Origin: an uncultured Chloroflexia bacterium
Lineage (GTDB): Bacteria > Chloroflexota > Chloroflexia > QHBQ01 > JADMIH01
Assembly (NCBI GenBank): GCA_963837315.1
Contig: CAWINE010000017.1
Coordinates: forward strand, 342,549 to 406,548
Length of the DNA stretch: 64,000 nt
Reading direction: 5' to 3'
In this document: positions 1-9,092 of the stretch, one piece after another
Layout of the letters: each line of letters opens with the position of its first letter
Numbering within the stretch: the first letter of the stretch is position 1
Made by a program: the position numbers and the translations under genes
Notes under the pieces: generated by a model
The model's database searches: none
Told to the model about the DNA's origin: nothing
What the model saw: the letters and a program-made list of their open reading frames with translations, nothing else

Positions 1-1272
1 GCGGCTCTGGTCGAGGTTCAGGTCGAAACCGAGTTGGGTCTGGTCGTTGTTGAAGCCGACAAGCGACATATTGAGGTCGTTCTCGAATGTATCGCTCAGA
101 TAATCGCCGCTCAGGGCATCCGCGCCCTTCAGAACCACCCAGGCGGCCAGACCGTTCTTGTAAGCGCGCAGCTCTTCCTCGATGCTGCAATTGGACTGTT
201 GTGATACCACGCCGCTGGTGAAGTCATATGCATGGGTGGCTTCGTGGGCGAGCACGCTGGCAAGCGCTTCGGGAGGCTCGTTGCGGTACTGCTCAGGAAT
301 AACGATGAGGTAGGGTTGCCTCCTGTTGCCTGTAGTGATGAAAGCGCCCCCTACGTCCTGGTCCTGTATCTGAGTGAACTGTACCACGACCTTGTTCTGG
401 ATTATCACGGCGGGAACCCACCTGAATTGCTGGGTGTGCCCCAATTCCTTTATGGCCGGCAACAGGCCGGCGTCCACCAGGTTCGCGAGGCGCGGGTCGT
501 CGCTCAGGTCGGTGTCGGCAGCGGGCAGGGGGGCCGGAAGCTCTATCCGGGCGAGCGGGTCTAAGGCGCTCGAGCGGGCGTATTCCACGCCGAGGAGGCC
601 AAGCTGGACGTTATCGGGCGGATTCAATTCGGGGTGCCATTCGAAGCGGTTGCGCTCGAAATACTGGACAGTATATTGCTGCCCGTCGGCATCGTTGGTC
701 TCGGTGAACTCTTCCGAGATCGGGTAGCCGAATACTGCCAGCCCGCCGTTCTGCTGCCAGTAAGCCAGGAAGCCATTGGCGAGGTTATGGCCGGTCTGCG
801 GGAAGAAGAACGAAGTAGCGGTGTCGCTGCCCGAGGGTTGGGGGTCGAAGGACTGGGATCCCGTCACTGAGAGGCCGCGCTGCTCAGCAAGTGTAACGCC
901 CAGCCGGGTGAGGAGCACCTTCTGCTGGCCGGTGCCGGGGATCTCGGGGTGGTACTCCAGGCGAGCGCGCTCGAGGTATTGCACGGCGAGGCCGTCCTCA
1001 AGGGTCGGCTCGGTGATAGGCAGGCCCAGCACGGCGGTGCCACCATGGCTGTTCCAGTAGTCGAGGAAAGCGCCCCGCAGGAAATGGGCAGTTTGCGAGA
1101 AATATCTCTGCTTGCCCTGGCTTACTTCGGATGGTGCGGGAACTTCTGATTGGATGGAGTATTGCTTGCTGCCTACTGCTTCGGACGTGGTGGACGCGTG
1201 CGCCGCCTCCGGGCTTGGAGCCCAGGCGGCGAGTGTGCTCACTATAACTAACAATAGGAGCAGGACGCGCAT
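1..1272 (-). CDS. Secreted protein, 3' end cut by window edge: signal peptide, two tandem LGFP-like ~65-aa repeats, distal HExxH-containing region
   Basis: Absent from the ORF track because it runs off the window. My translation from ATG (complement of 1270-1272) stays open for 424 codons: MRVLLLLLVIVSTLAAWAPS... Repeats are FLDYWNSHGGTAVLGLPITEP..VQYLERARLEYHPE and FLAYWQQNGGLAVFGYPISEE..VQYFERNRFEWHPE, followed by VLAHEATHAYDF. Confidence 0.75.
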   Translation of the reverse strand, partial: MRVLLLLLVIVSTLAAWAPSPEAAHASTTSEAVGSKQYSIQSEVPAPSEVSQGKQRYFSQTAHFLRGAFLDYWNSHGGTAVLGLPITEPTLEDGLAVQYLERARLEYHPEIPGTGQQKVLLTRLGVTLAEQRGLSVTGSQSFDPQPSGSDTATSFFFPQTGHNLANGFLAYWQQNGGLAVFGYPISEEFTETNDADGQQYTVQYFERNRFEWHPELNPPDNVQLGLLGVEYARSSALDPLARIELPAPLPAADTDLSDDPRLANLVDAGLLPAIKELGHTQQFRWVPAVIIQNKVVVQFTQIQDQDVGGAFITTGNRRQPYLIVIPEQYRNEPPEALASVLAHEATHAYDFTSGVVSQQSNCSIEEELRAYKNGLAAWVVLKGADALSGDYLSDTFENDLNMSLVGFNNDQTQLGFDLNLDQSR

Positions 1273-1346
1273 CTCGTTCTTTCGTCCTACAAGACTAGGT
1301 TGCGTTGCGGGGCGCAAGGGTGCATAATTGTGCCTCTCGACTGATT

Positions 1347-1419
1347 AATTACGAATTACGAATTACGAATTACGGGTTATGCGGATCAATTCGTAATTCG
1401 TAATTCGTAATTCGTAATT
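1347..1419. repeat. Hairpin built from tandem heptamers (TTACGAA x4 / TTCGTAA x4)
   Basis: aattacgaattacgaattacgaattacg - ggttatgcggatc - aattcgtaattcgtaattcgtaattcgtaatt. The same unit recurs at 43758-43825. Confidence 0.9.
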
Positions 1420-1447
1420 GACCTAGCAGGATCTCCAAAATTATAAC
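1418..1447 (+). promoter_or_regulatory. Candidate sigma70-type promoter of the amidohydrolase gene
   Basis: TTGACC (1418-1423), 18-nt spacer, TATAAC (1442-1447). It lies ~20 nt upstream of the GGAGG RBS. The -35 overlaps the last unit of the hairpin. Confidence 0.4.
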
Positions 1448-1468
1448 GTTTTTTATTCGGAGGTAGTG

Positions 1469-2665
1469 ATGGGCAGGCTAATACTGACCAATGCTCGCCT
1501 GATCGACGGTACGGGCGCGCAGCCACTTGAAAGGGTCACCGTTGTTATCGAGGAAGGGCGCATCGGCGCGGTGCGCACAAGCTCGAACGGCGTAGAGCAC
1601 AATGGTGCTCAAGTGATAGACCTGGCGGGACGAACTCTCCTGCCTGGGCTCATCAATGCTCACTGCCACGTCTGCATGGACGCTGGGCCCGACCCAATCG
1701 CCGCATTGGCGCACCTGACCCCCGCTGAAGCGGTGCTGAAGGCGGCAAAGCGGTGCGAGCGAATGCTGCGCAACGGCATCACCATGGCCCGAGACCTGGG
1801 CGGCTACGAGTATTGCGAGCTTGCCCTCAGAGATGCCATCGCCTCGGGCGATTTCTCTGGCCCCCGGCTGCTTTGCGCGGGACGTTTTATTACTATGACC
1901 GGCGGCCACGGCTGGCTAACGGGGCTCCAGAGCGACGGGCCGGACGAGGTGCGCAAGTCGGCGCGCCTGAACCTGAGGCATGGAGCTGATTGCCTCAAGT
2001 TCATGGCGACGGGTGGGGTGCTGACGCCGGGGGTCGAGCCGGGGTCGCCGCAATTGTCTGAGGCTGAATTACGAGCCGGGGTGGAGGAGGCGCACAACGC
2101 GGGTAAGAGGACCGCCAGCCACGCCCAGGGCACTACCGGCATCAAGAACTCCTTGCGGGCCGGAATCGACACAATAGAGCACGGCATCTACCTCGATGAC
2201 GAGGCTATCGAGATGATGCTGAAGCAAGGCACCGTGTTCGTGCCGACCCTGGCCGCACCCTACCAGATAGTAGAGGCAGGGGAGGCGAAGGGCATACCCG
2301 CCTACGCGCTCGAAAAGTCGCGCCGGGTGATGGACGCGCATCGCAAATCGTTCGAGCGGGCCGTTGGCGCGGGCGTCACCATCGCGGCGGGCAACGACGG
2401 CGGCACCCCCTTCAACCCATCCGAAGACCTCGTTACCGAGATGCGTCTGATGGTCGAATACGGCATGAGCCCCACCGGCGCTATCATGGCTGCCACCCTC
2501 GGCTCGGCAAAAGCAGCAGGCTTATCGGAAGAGGTCGGCACGATACAGCAGGGCAAGCAGGCCGACTGCATCGTGCTGGCAGCAGGGGCCGACCCACTGA
2601 CCAACATGGACGATATGGCGCGCGTGGAGCAGGTTATCAAGCAAGGCAAGCTCGTTAATTTTTAA
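1469..2665 (+). CDS. Amidohydrolase-superfamily metallohydrolase
   Basis: ORF 1466-2665, with GGAGG just upstream of ATG 1469. It has the LPGLINAHCHV HxH metal motif, followed by ASHAQG, IEHG and AAGNDGG. Confidence 0.85.
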   Translation: MGRLILTNARLIDGTGAQPLERVTVVIEEGRIGAVRTSSNGVEHNGAQVIDLAGRTLLPGLINAHCHVCMDAGPDPIAALAHLTPAEAVLKAAKRCERMLRNGITMARDLGGYEYCELALRDAIASGDFSGPRLLCAGRFITMTGGHGWLTGLQSDGPDEVRKSARLNLRHGADCLKFMATGGVLTPGVEPGSPQLSEAELRAGVEEAHNAGKRTASHAQGTTGIKNSLRAGIDTIEHGIYLDDEAIEMMLKQGTVFVPTLAAPYQIVEAGEAKGIPAYALEKSRRVMDAHRKSFERAVGAGVTIAAGNDGGTPFNPSEDLVTEMRLMVEYGMSPTGAIMAATLGSAKAAGLSEEVGTIQQGKQADCIVLAAGADPLTNMDDMARVEQVIKQGKLVNF

Positions 2666-2682
2666 CAGCCGCTGTGAAAATA

Positions 2683-2807
2683 GGTGTGCAGGGATCTCCC
2701 TGCCTGGGGCATGGGGTCTGTCATCCCCAAACTAACTCAGTTCTCACAAGTTGGGGACAAAGGGGGTGCAGGGATCTCCCTGCCGGGGTTTGGGGTGTCC
2801 CCAATAC
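2683..2807 (+). repeat. Pair of ~45-nt GC-rich repeats (GTGCAGGGATCTCCCTGCC...GGGGTGTCCCCAA)
   Basis: Copy 1 is 2683-2731 and copy 2 is 2762-2807. Each has GCAGGGA/TCCCTGC and GGGG/CCCC stems. The same pair, in the same orientation, recurs at 25944-26055. Confidence 0.85.
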
Positions 2808-3011
2808 TCCCTCCTTTATTTTCATTGCCGCTGGTGGCCCCGGGGCCATGCTTACTCAGAACAACAAGCTCAAAGAGATACACCAGAGACCGACATTGCG
2901 TTCGCGCTGCCATTTCCGCTGAGTTTGAGGGATGCACTCTTCGGCAATTGTGTATACTTTAACGTTGCACAGCCGAGGGCAAATAGCCCAGGTGCTCAGG
3001 AGGTAACGGTA

Positions 3012-3644
3012 ATGGATGAAACCGGCGCGACCGGCGCGAACGATGCCACTGATGATCTAAAAGGGCCGCACGAAGTCTATGAGGGTGATGAGACGGCAGA
3101 GACAAACGAGCCTGCCGTCATTGAGGGGAGTGGCGATCCCGACCTTGATATAAGGCCGGAGCTGATAATCGCTACCTTTGCTGATGAAGCAGCCGCCAAA
3201 GCGGCATACGACGAAATCCGCGAGGCCGAGAAGCAAGGGATCCTCTTATTGATCGATGCAGCGGTGGTGAACCGTGACCATGCCAATAAGCTGCATATCA
3301 AAGAAGAAGCAGACATGCGGGGCGGCGAAGGTGCCGTCTTCGGAGCAGCTATCGGAGCAATACTCGGCATGATCGCCGGCCCGCTTGGGCTGGTAATCGG
3401 CGGAGCGGCAGGCGCAGCAGTGGGCGCGGTAGCCGCGGAAAGCAGCGACGTAGGCATGTCCGACGATCGCCTCAGAGAGTTCGCGAATTCGCTCACGCCC
3501 GGCTCCTCGATGGTGATTGTAGCTGTCGCGCACTATTGGAGCGCACTGGCCTCCGCATTCCTCACTCGCGCCGGCGGCGAAGTCAACACCATCATTCTCA
3601 CCGACGACATGGCCCGCCAGTTAGATCTGAATGAGATCACCTAG
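3012..3644 (+). CDS. DUF1269-like membrane protein with glycine-zipper segment
   Basis: AGGAGG RBS followed by ATG 3012. The ORF-track start at 2751 reads through the upstream repeats and is unlikely. Acidic N-terminus, then GAAIGAILGMIAGPLGLVIGGAAGAAVGAVA. Confidence 0.65.
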   Translation: MDETGATGANDATDDLKGPHEVYEGDETAETNEPAVIEGSGDPDLDIRPELIIATFADEAAAKAAYDEIREAEKQGILLLIDAAVVNRDHANKLHIKEEADMRGGEGAVFGAAIGAILGMIAGPLGLVIGGAAGAAVGAVAAESSDVGMSDDRLREFANSLTPGSSMVIVAVAHYWSALASAFLTRAGGEVNTIILTDDMARQLDLNEIT

Positions 3645-4004
3645 TTGTCAGTGGGTGACCAAGTTGTCAGTTGTCAGTTGATGAGCGAAGCGAACTATTG
3701 TCAGTAGACGACCGGCGACGGTATTTTTCAACGCCAAGACGCCAAGACGCCAAGGATTTACGGTTTGAACCACAAAGGCACAAAGAGCACAAAGGGCACG
3801 AAGATTACGAAGGTTTATATGGGTTTGAATCACAGAGACCACAGAGGATTATTATGGTCTAAACCCATAGAAACCTTGGCGTACCTTAGCGTTCTTTGCG
3901 TCTTGGCGGTTACGTCTTACGTTTTACGTTTCAGCCGGTGGTCGTCGGTCGTCCGTCTACTGACAATTGATCGCTTCGATCAACTGACAACTGACAACTA
4001 CGTC
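3645..4004. repeat. Mosaic intergenic element, full-length copy, inverted orientation relative to 30380-30747
   Basis: It starts with GTTGTCA units directly after the stop codon and ends with CTGACAA units. The reverse complement aligns module by module with the 30380-30747 copy (gatgagcgaagcgaactattgtcagtagacgaccggcgacgg..., ccaagacgccaagg, cacaaag arrays, GGTTTCTATGGGTTTAGACCATAATAA core). Confidence 0.9.
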
Positions 4005-4006
4005 GT

Positions 4007-4035
4007 TTGACGCCCGGTAGGCAATCGCGTATAAT
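4007..4035 (+). promoter_or_regulatory. Promoter of the rpsP operon
   Basis: TTGACG (4007-4012), 17-nt spacer, TATAAT (4030-4035), ~85 nt upstream of ATG 4121. Confidence 0.6.
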
Positions 4036-4120
4036 GCTAGGCAGGCTTGTTTGCCGGCAGGATTTATAGAGAACCGGAATGTGGTCCGTCCATAATTTAT
4101 AGAGGAGTAACAGACCAGGA

Positions 4121-4699
4121 ATGCTCAAGATTAGACTGCGCCGCATGGGCGCTATCAGGCAGCCGCACTATCGTATAGTGGTAGCTGACTCTCGCGCACC
4201 CCGCGACGGCGCGTTTATCGAGTTGCTGGGTCATTACAACCCACTCACTAACCCGGCCACCATCCAGGTGGACGTTGCGAAGTATGAGGAGTGGAAGAAG
4301 AAGGGCGCACAGCCCACCGACGCTGTCGCCAGCCTGGTGAAGCAGTTCAACAGGGCTAATAGGGTCGCAGACGTCGCCCCCGCCGACAAGCGCACCCGCA
4401 CAGCCTCCGGCAAACGCCGCACGCCTGCGCCCGCCACTGCGCCTGCGGCCGAAGTAGCTGAGACTGCCGAAACTGCCCAAACCGCCGAAGCTGCCGGCAC
4501 CGCTGAGACCTCTGATAGCGCCGAGGCTGCCCAGAGCGCGCAAGCTGCCGAGGCCCCCGCTGAGGCTGCTGAGGCTCCTACCGAAGCCGCTGTCGCAGAG
4601 GCCCCCACTACTGAGGCCCCCGCAGATAGCGCTGAAGAGTCTGACGCCGTCATAGCAGAAGCCGCCGAGAACGGGACTTCCGCCAATTCCGGTCAATAG
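4121..4699 (+). CDS. rpsP: 30S ribosomal protein bS16 with long Ala/Glu/Thr-rich C-terminal tail
   Basis: [42 protein letters not shown] ~110-aa low-complexity acidic extension follows. Confidence 0.95.
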   Translation: MLKIRLRRMGAIRQPHYRIVVADSRAPRDGAFIELLGHYNPLTNPATIQVDVAKYEEWKKKGAQPTDAVASLVKQFNRANRVADVAPADKRTRTASGKRRTPAPATAPAAEVAETAETAQTAEAAGTAETSDSAEAAQSAQAAEAPAEAAEAPTEAAVAEAPTTEAPADSAEESDAVIAEAAENGTSANSGQ

Positions 4700-4779
4700 A
4701 CGATAGTGGTTGGTGGTCAGTATTATTTTTGCGGATACTAACCACCAATCACTAATCCTAACCTGCCCCCGAGGTATCC

Positions 4780-5007
4780 ATGAAAGAACTGGTAGAATAT
4801 CTCGCAAAGAACCTGGTGGACAAGCCGGAAGCCGTGCGTGTGCGCGAGCATCGCGGCGAATACGTTGTACGCGTTGAGCTGGCAGTCGACCCCGAAGAGA
4901 AGGGCAAAGTCATCGGGCGAGAAGGCAAGATCGCTCGCGCCATGCGTGCCCTGGTCAACGCCGCCGCCGCCCGCGAGGGCCGCCGAGGCGTGCTTGAGAT
5001 AGACTGA
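4780..5007 (+). CDS. KH-domain RNA-binding protein (YlqC/UPF0109 type)
   Basis: 75 aa with GKVIGREGKIARAMRAL. It occupies the conserved position between rpsP and rimM. Confidence 0.85.
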   Translation: MKELVEYLAKNLVDKPEAVRVREHRGEYVVRVELAVDPEEKGKVIGREGKIARAMRALVNAAAAREGRRGVLEID

Positions 5008-5008
5008 C

Positions 5009-5079
5009 GGCATTGCGGATTGCGGATTGAAACGCCACGGCGATCAATTCACGATCCGCAATCCGCAATCCGCAATGCC
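5009..5079. repeat. Hairpin of GCGGATT / AATCCGC heptamers spanning the rimM start codon
   Basis: Left arm ggcattgcggattgcggattg (5009-5029). Right arm gatccgcaatccgcaatccgcaatgcc (5053-5079). ATG 5075 lies inside the right arm. Confidence 0.85.
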
Positions 5080-5698
5080 AGAAGAGCCTGAACACCTTAT
5101 AGTCGGGCAGGTGGTCGCCCCGTTCGGGGTGAAGGGTGAGATGAAGGTCAATATCATGACCGAGTTCCCTGACCGTTTCAACAAGCTTGAAACGGTCATT
5201 CTTGCGCCTTTCGATACGATCGCCCCGGCCGATGTGCCCACAGCTTCGCTCTACCCGGTCACGGTGCGGCCCGCGCCTGTGCGGGAAGGGCAGACATTCC
5301 GACCGCCCAAAGAGCCGGTGCCGTTCACTATCGAGTCCACACATATTCACAAAGGCCAGCTTCTGCTGAAGGTCGAGGGAGTGGACGACCCGGAGAGCGT
5401 GCAGGCGCTGCGTGGGTACTGGGTGCTGGTGCCAAGAGAGCAGGCGCGTAAGCTGCCGCGTGGCGCATACTATCTCTACCAGGTGGTGGGGCTTGAGGTT
5501 TATACTACTAAAGGCGATTTTGTGGGCAAAATCGAGGATGTGATAACGTCGACGGCAAACGATGTCTATCTGGTTCGAGGGCCGGGCGTGACCGACCCTA
5601 CAGGCGAGCTGCTTGTGCCTGCCGTCAAGCAAGTCGTGCGAAAGCTCGACGTAGCGGGCGGACGCGTTGTGATAGTGCCGCCATCAGAGTGGACCTAA
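5075..5698 (+). CDS. rimM: 16S rRNA processing protein RimM
   Basis: MPEEPEHLIVGQVVAPFGVKGEMKV..., with a PRC-barrel-like C-terminus. The ORF-track start at 5027 would add residues encoded only by the heptamer repeat. Confidence 0.85.
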   Translation: MPEEPEHLIVGQVVAPFGVKGEMKVNIMTEFPDRFNKLETVILAPFDTIAPADVPTASLYPVTVRPAPVREGQTFRPPKEPVPFTIESTHIHKGQLLLKVEGVDDPESVQALRGYWVLVPREQARKLPRGAYYLYQVVGLEVYTTKGDFVGKIEDVITSTANDVYLVRGPGVTDPTGELLVPAVKQVVRKLDVAGGRVVIVPPSEWT

Positions 5699-5708
5699 AG
5701 GGGTTTCT

Positions 5709-5852
5709 ATGATCTACGTGATGATTGCTTCCATAATACTGTTTGTGGTCCTTCTAGGCTATCTGGACGCCCGCGTAGGCTGGCCCGGCCCCACAGAAAA
5801 AGTTGACCGCTACGTGAGCATCACCGAGCGGAGTAAGACGCTGCGACGATAG
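5709..5852 (+). CDS. Small hypothetical membrane peptide (47 aa)
   Basis: Own translation: MIYVMIASIILFVVLLGYLDARVGWPGPTEKVDRYVSITERSKTLRR. It starts 11 nt after the rimM stop and falls below the ORF-track length cutoff. Confidence 0.3.
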   Translation: MIYVMIASIILFVVLLGYLDARVGWPGPTEKVDRYVSITERSKTLRR

Positions 5853-5864
5853 CAGGCTGCGCCT

Positions 5865-6133
5865 CGTAAAACGTAAAAGACGTAACCGCCAAGACGCCAA
5901 GGTCCGCCAAGGTTCGCCAAGGTTTCTATGGGTTTAAACCATAATAATCTCTGTGACCTCTGTGGTTCAAACCCATAAAACCTTCGTGCTCTTTGTGATC
6001 TTAGTGCTCTTCGTGATTAAACCCATAAAACCTTGGTGATCTTGGTGTCTTGGTGGTTCAAACCGTACAAATCTTGGCGTCTTGGCGTTGAAAACGTCCG
6101 TCTACTGACAACTGACAACTGACAACTGACAAC
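5865..6133. repeat. Mosaic intergenic element lacking the left GTTGTCA arm
   Basis: Module order: CGTAAAA units, ccgccaagacgccaagg, ggtttctatgggtttaaaccataataa, ctctgtga units, aaacccataaaa + cttcgtg units, aaacccataaaa + cttggtg units, cttggcgtcttggcg, CTGACAA x4. Confidence 0.9.
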
Positions 6134-6150
6134 TATGTAGGAGAATTTCC

Positions 6151-6774
6151 ATGTTAGCCGGACATTACGGCCTGGCTGCTATCGTGAAGTCGCGGCAGCC
6201 ACAATTGCCGCTTTGGGCGTTGATGCTGTGCGTCGAGCTGCTCGACATAGCGTTTCTCGTGCTCTATTTCCTGGGCACCGAGAGCTACAAGGCGGTGCCA
6301 GGCACCGGGGGCGGATATGGCGAGAAGATATTCTCTGCAGACTACTCTCATTCGTTGGTGGGAGCGCTCGTCATCAGCCTGGTGGTGCTGGTCGTAGCCT
6401 GGATATTCTGGGGGCGTGCCAACGGGCTTGTTTTAGGCTCGGTGACTTTCTCCTCATGGATCCTTGATTTCGTCACACACAGGGGCGACCTGGCTATTAT
6501 GCCGGGCGACAGTGCCGGCTTGCATGTGGGGCTTGGCCTCTGGAGCATCCCATGGGCCGCCATTCTGCTGGAGCTTGCGATTGCACTGGTGGGCACCTAT
6601 CTTTATTACCACGCATCCATGCGCACCGCAGTGAGGCTGGAGAGGCAGCAAGGCAAGACTACCGGGGCTACAGCCACTACTCCAGCAGGCTACCGGCAGA
6701 GCGCGCTGGTCGCCACTCTTACGCTATTGGTATTGTTGGTAGGCACGCTGGCTGCGGATTTCCTGATCGCCTGA
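6151..6774 (+). CDS. Polytopic membrane protein of unknown function
   Basis: 207 aa with about 6 hydrophobic segments. GGAG RBS before the ATG. I did not recognise a family. Confidence 0.6.
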   Translation: MLAGHYGLAAIVKSRQPQLPLWALMLCVELLDIAFLVLYFLGTESYKAVPGTGGGYGEKIFSADYSHSLVGALVISLVVLVVAWIFWGRANGLVLGSVTFSSWILDFVTHRGDLAIMPGDSAGLHVGLGLWSIPWAAILLELAIALVGTYLYYHASMRTAVRLERQQGKTTGATATTPAGYRQSALVATLTLLVLLVGTLAADFLIA

Positions 6775-6795
6775 TCGAGATCCAGCAATATTCAT

Positions 6796-6845
6796 AAAAA
6801 GAGGCCGGCTGAGCGTCCGTGGTGCGCTCAGCCGGCCTCTTTTTA
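6796..6845. terminator. Bidirectional stem-loop terminator between convergent genes
   Basis: aaaaagaggccggctgagcg - loop - cgctcagccggcctcttttt, with A/T tracts on both sides. Confidence 0.8.
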
Positions 6846-6857
6846 TGCACCTACGTA

Positions 6858-7898
6858 TTACGGACCCCAGCTCAAGGCGGATGGCGCGTCTATGTTTGCG
6901 CCATCGGTTAATTGCTGGGGCTGCATGATCGAAGGACTGTTGCTCGCATCGATCGTAAACGCTCCTGCATAGAGGTCGAACGAAGTGCTTTTGAGCGTGA
7001 TATAGGCGAGCTTGGTGCCATCGGGAGACCATGCAGGGGCGCGTGATGCTCCATCTGTGGTTAGCTTTATCGGAGTGGGATATTCGCCGGTCCACTTCGT
7101 CGCATCGGTTGGCACGACGTAGATATTGGTGGCACCATTCTCGCGCATTGTGAAGGCTATCCAGGCCCCGTCGGGTGACCAGGATGGGTCGTAGGCTCCT
7201 TCTTTCGAATCGGTGAGCGCAACCCAGTGCTCTGTCGAGACATCGTAAACCCAGATCTGGCCGATGTTACTGTTGGTGCCCGTGTAGTTGGCGACGGCTA
7301 TTTTGCTGCCGTCTGGAGACCACGTTGGGTGCTCGACAGTCTGCTGGCTGAAATCGAGGGTGCTCGGCAATCTGCTTGCCGCCGTGCCATCCGGGCTCAT
7401 CACCCGCAGGTTGGGGTACTCTGTGCCCACATCGGATGTGAAGGCTATTTGCTGTCCGTCGGGCGACCAGGCCGGGTAATCGGCCCAGAGCGCAAGCTCG
7501 TTGTAACCTTTGCTCACGCCTGGCACGCCTGCCTGCCCAACTTCGACGTCGGGTTTGTGATTTGTGAGCGCAATAGGCGTGGAGGGGTTGGCGATATCCA
7601 GCTTGTAAAGGTCCGAATAGCCTTCGTCAACGCGGGTATAGATCACCTGCGTGCCATCGGGTGAGATGGAAGGGAAGGCGTCGCGCTTGTCGTTTCTGTC
7701 TTTGGGCCCGGCGGTCAACTGTTGCTGGTTGCCGCTCGTGTACATCCAGATCGCGCCGCTGCGTGCGTAGACGATTTTGCCGCCCATGTCAGGGCTTGCC
7801 GCCACGCTCGCCGGTTGTCCGGTGCCATGACCCCAGGCCGTTGCCGCAACCAGCACCGCTATCACCAGAACGGATAAGAAGACGATTTTTCTCAGCAT
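6858..7898 (-). CDS. Secreted TolB-like beta-propeller (PD40/WD40-like repeat) protein
   Basis: Signal peptide MLRKIVFLSVLVIAVLVAATAWG. Repeated SPDG..I(A/V)(F/Y) blades: WSPDGQQIAFTS, WSPDGSKIAVAN, WSPDGAWIAFTM, WSPDGTKLAYIT. Confidence 0.8.
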   Translation of the reverse strand: MLRKIVFLSVLVIAVLVAATAWGHGTGQPASVAASPDMGGKIVYARSGAIWMYTSGNQQQLTAGPKDRNDKRDAFPSISPDGTQVIYTRVDEGYSDLYKLDIANPSTPIALTNHKPDVEVGQAGVPGVSKGYNELALWADYPAWSPDGQQIAFTSDVGTEYPNLRVMSPDGTAASRLPSTLDFSQQTVEHPTWSPDGSKIAVANYTGTNSNIGQIWVYDVSTEHWVALTDSKEGAYDPSWSPDGAWIAFTMRENGATNIYVVPTDATKWTGEYPTPIKLTTDGASRAPAWSPDGTKLAYITLKSTSFDLYAGAFTIDASNSPSIMQPQQLTDGANIDAPSALSWGP

Positions 7899-9057
7899 TT
7901 AGCTCTCGTTTACCCCCCAGGTTGGCGCCTCGCCAACGCATCCAAAGCTTGTAGAGCAGGGGGTTATAGATATAGTCGTATGCGCCTGGGTACTCTATTT
8001 CTCTGCCGCCAAATCCTCGTTTGAACCAGTATACACCACGCAAACCCGAGCGTGTATTTGTTGGGGAAACGTCCCCACCTTCCTTGCTTTCTTCTCCATC
8101 GTCCGCCGGGGGATCAGGGATGCCCCAGAAGTCGTATAGAGTGCAGCCGTGCTCTTTGGCCCACCTGATCGCCTCCCACTGGAGGATATAGTTGGGCATA
8201 TGCTCGCGGCCCCGGTTGTCGGACGCGCCGTACATGTAAATGGCTTCGTGCCCAAACTTGAAAGCGAGCAAGCCCCCGATCGGTCCCTTGTCGCGCTCGG
8301 CCACGTCAGGGTGGTCGGCGAGCAGCACAACCATACCTGCCTCCGCACCTGCACCTGCCCCTTCGCCATCGGGACCGAATATGCGCCATAGCTGTTCATA
8401 ATATGAAAACGTATGAATGCCGAATTCGTCACGCTTGCCCGTTACATCCAGCAGCGTATGGAACGCTTTGATATCATCGAGGCCCGTGGCGCGTCGGACG
8501 GTCACGCCGCGCTTGCCCGCAAGGCGCAGGTTATACCGGGTCTTGGGCTTCATGGCTTTCAGGAGGTCGTCTTCACTTTTATCGATGTCGAGAACCCAGG
8601 TGCGGGCCGGCTGGAGGCGTCCCGATGGCTGAAAGCCGAGCGCAGCCATCCTCGCGCTTACAAAGCTTCTGGGCATGGCTTCACTTATAGCGATATTAGG
8701 CTCGACCTTGAGAAAGATGGCCCCGCGCTTGCGGCTCTCGTGGTGGATCGCCCTCCAGAACGACTTTTCGGCCTCTTTATCGTCCTGCGAGCCGGGGAAA
8801 TAGACAGGCCCCCTTGGTAGGTAGCCGATTGACACAGGAAGTGGCAGACGCGGGACAGCGCGATATAGCACCTGCCCGTAAATGGTCGGATTCGGCTCCG
8901 CGCCTATGCCAAAGCGAAAGGGCAACCAGCCGGAAGCCCGCTTGAACTCGCCCCAGCGCCACGACTGGAGCAAGCTGGCATTTTGCTCGGAGATTAAGGG
9001 ATCCCAGTCCGTCGTAAGTTCTGAGCTCTGAGTTCTGAGTTCTAAGTTAGATGCCAT
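7789..9057 (-). CDS. FemAB/FemX-like peptidoglycan interpeptide-bridge aminoacyltransferase family protein
   Basis: LLQSWRWGEFKRASGWLPFRF... with GNAT-like duplicated domains. As written it overlaps the next gene by 110 nt. One fewer C in the C6 run at 7913-7918 would give ...RGANLGVNES-TAA (7899-7901), abutting the TolB-like ATG. The first 15 aa are encoded by TCAGAAC heptamers. Confidence 0.7.
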   Translation of the reverse strand: MASNLELRTQSSELTTDWDPLISEQNASLLQSWRWGEFKRASGWLPFRFGIGAEPNPTIYGQVLYRAVPRLPLPVSIGYLPRGPVYFPGSQDDKEAEKSFWRAIHHESRKRGAIFLKVEPNIAISEAMPRSFVSARMAALGFQPSGRLQPARTWVLDIDKSEDDLLKAMKPKTRYNLRLAGKRGVTVRRATGLDDIKAFHTLLDVTGKRDEFGIHTFSYYEQLWRIFGPDGEGAGAGAEAGMVVLLADHPDVAERDKGPIGGLLAFKFGHEAIYMYGASDNRGREHMPNYILQWEAIRWAKEHGCTLYDFWGIPDPPADDGEESKEGGDVSPTNTRSGLRGVYWFKRGFGGREIEYPGAYDYIYNPLLYKLWMRWRGANLGGKRELNAEKNRLLIRSGDSGAGCGNGLGSWHRTTGERGGKP

Positions 9058-9092
9058 TCTACTGGTAATAACTCATAACTCAGAGCTCGTCT

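Noticed and set aside
2683-2807. Possible mini-CRISPR array (two ~45-nt repeats with a ~35-nt spacer, and another pair at 25944-26055)
   Set aside because: There are only two copies per locus, and the copies differ by indels and substitutions. There is no leader or cas genes, and the same paired layout recurs upstream of genes. It is better described as a dispersed structured repeat.
3645-4004. Translation products of the repeat elements (for example the ORF-track peptides with LTTDN, HKGTKSTKGTK, RNPQSAI, QRRRG motifs) as real proteins
   Set aside because: The periodic peptides simply mirror the tandem nucleotide units, occur in all frames and both strands, and lack starts with RBS.
4097-4807. 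Long ORFs antisense to, or overlapping, well-supported genes (for example 4097-4807, 10435-11211, 13375-14040, 24694-25314, 31311-32168, 51500-52378, 54397-55071, 57233-57826, 19163-19930)
   Set aside because: These are typical shadow ORFs of high-GC DNA. The opposite or alternative frame encodes a recognisable conserved protein in each case, and the products are Arg/Pro/Gly/Ser-rich with no motifs.
6105-6131. CTGACAA arrays as tandem -35 boxes (CTGACA resembles TTGACA) that would provide promoters for the downstream genes
   Set aside because: I could not find a consistent -10 hexamer at 16-18 nt from any unit at 6151, 24736, 29629, 30757 or 32675. The arrays also end too close to the start codons to leave room for a leader with the observed RBS.
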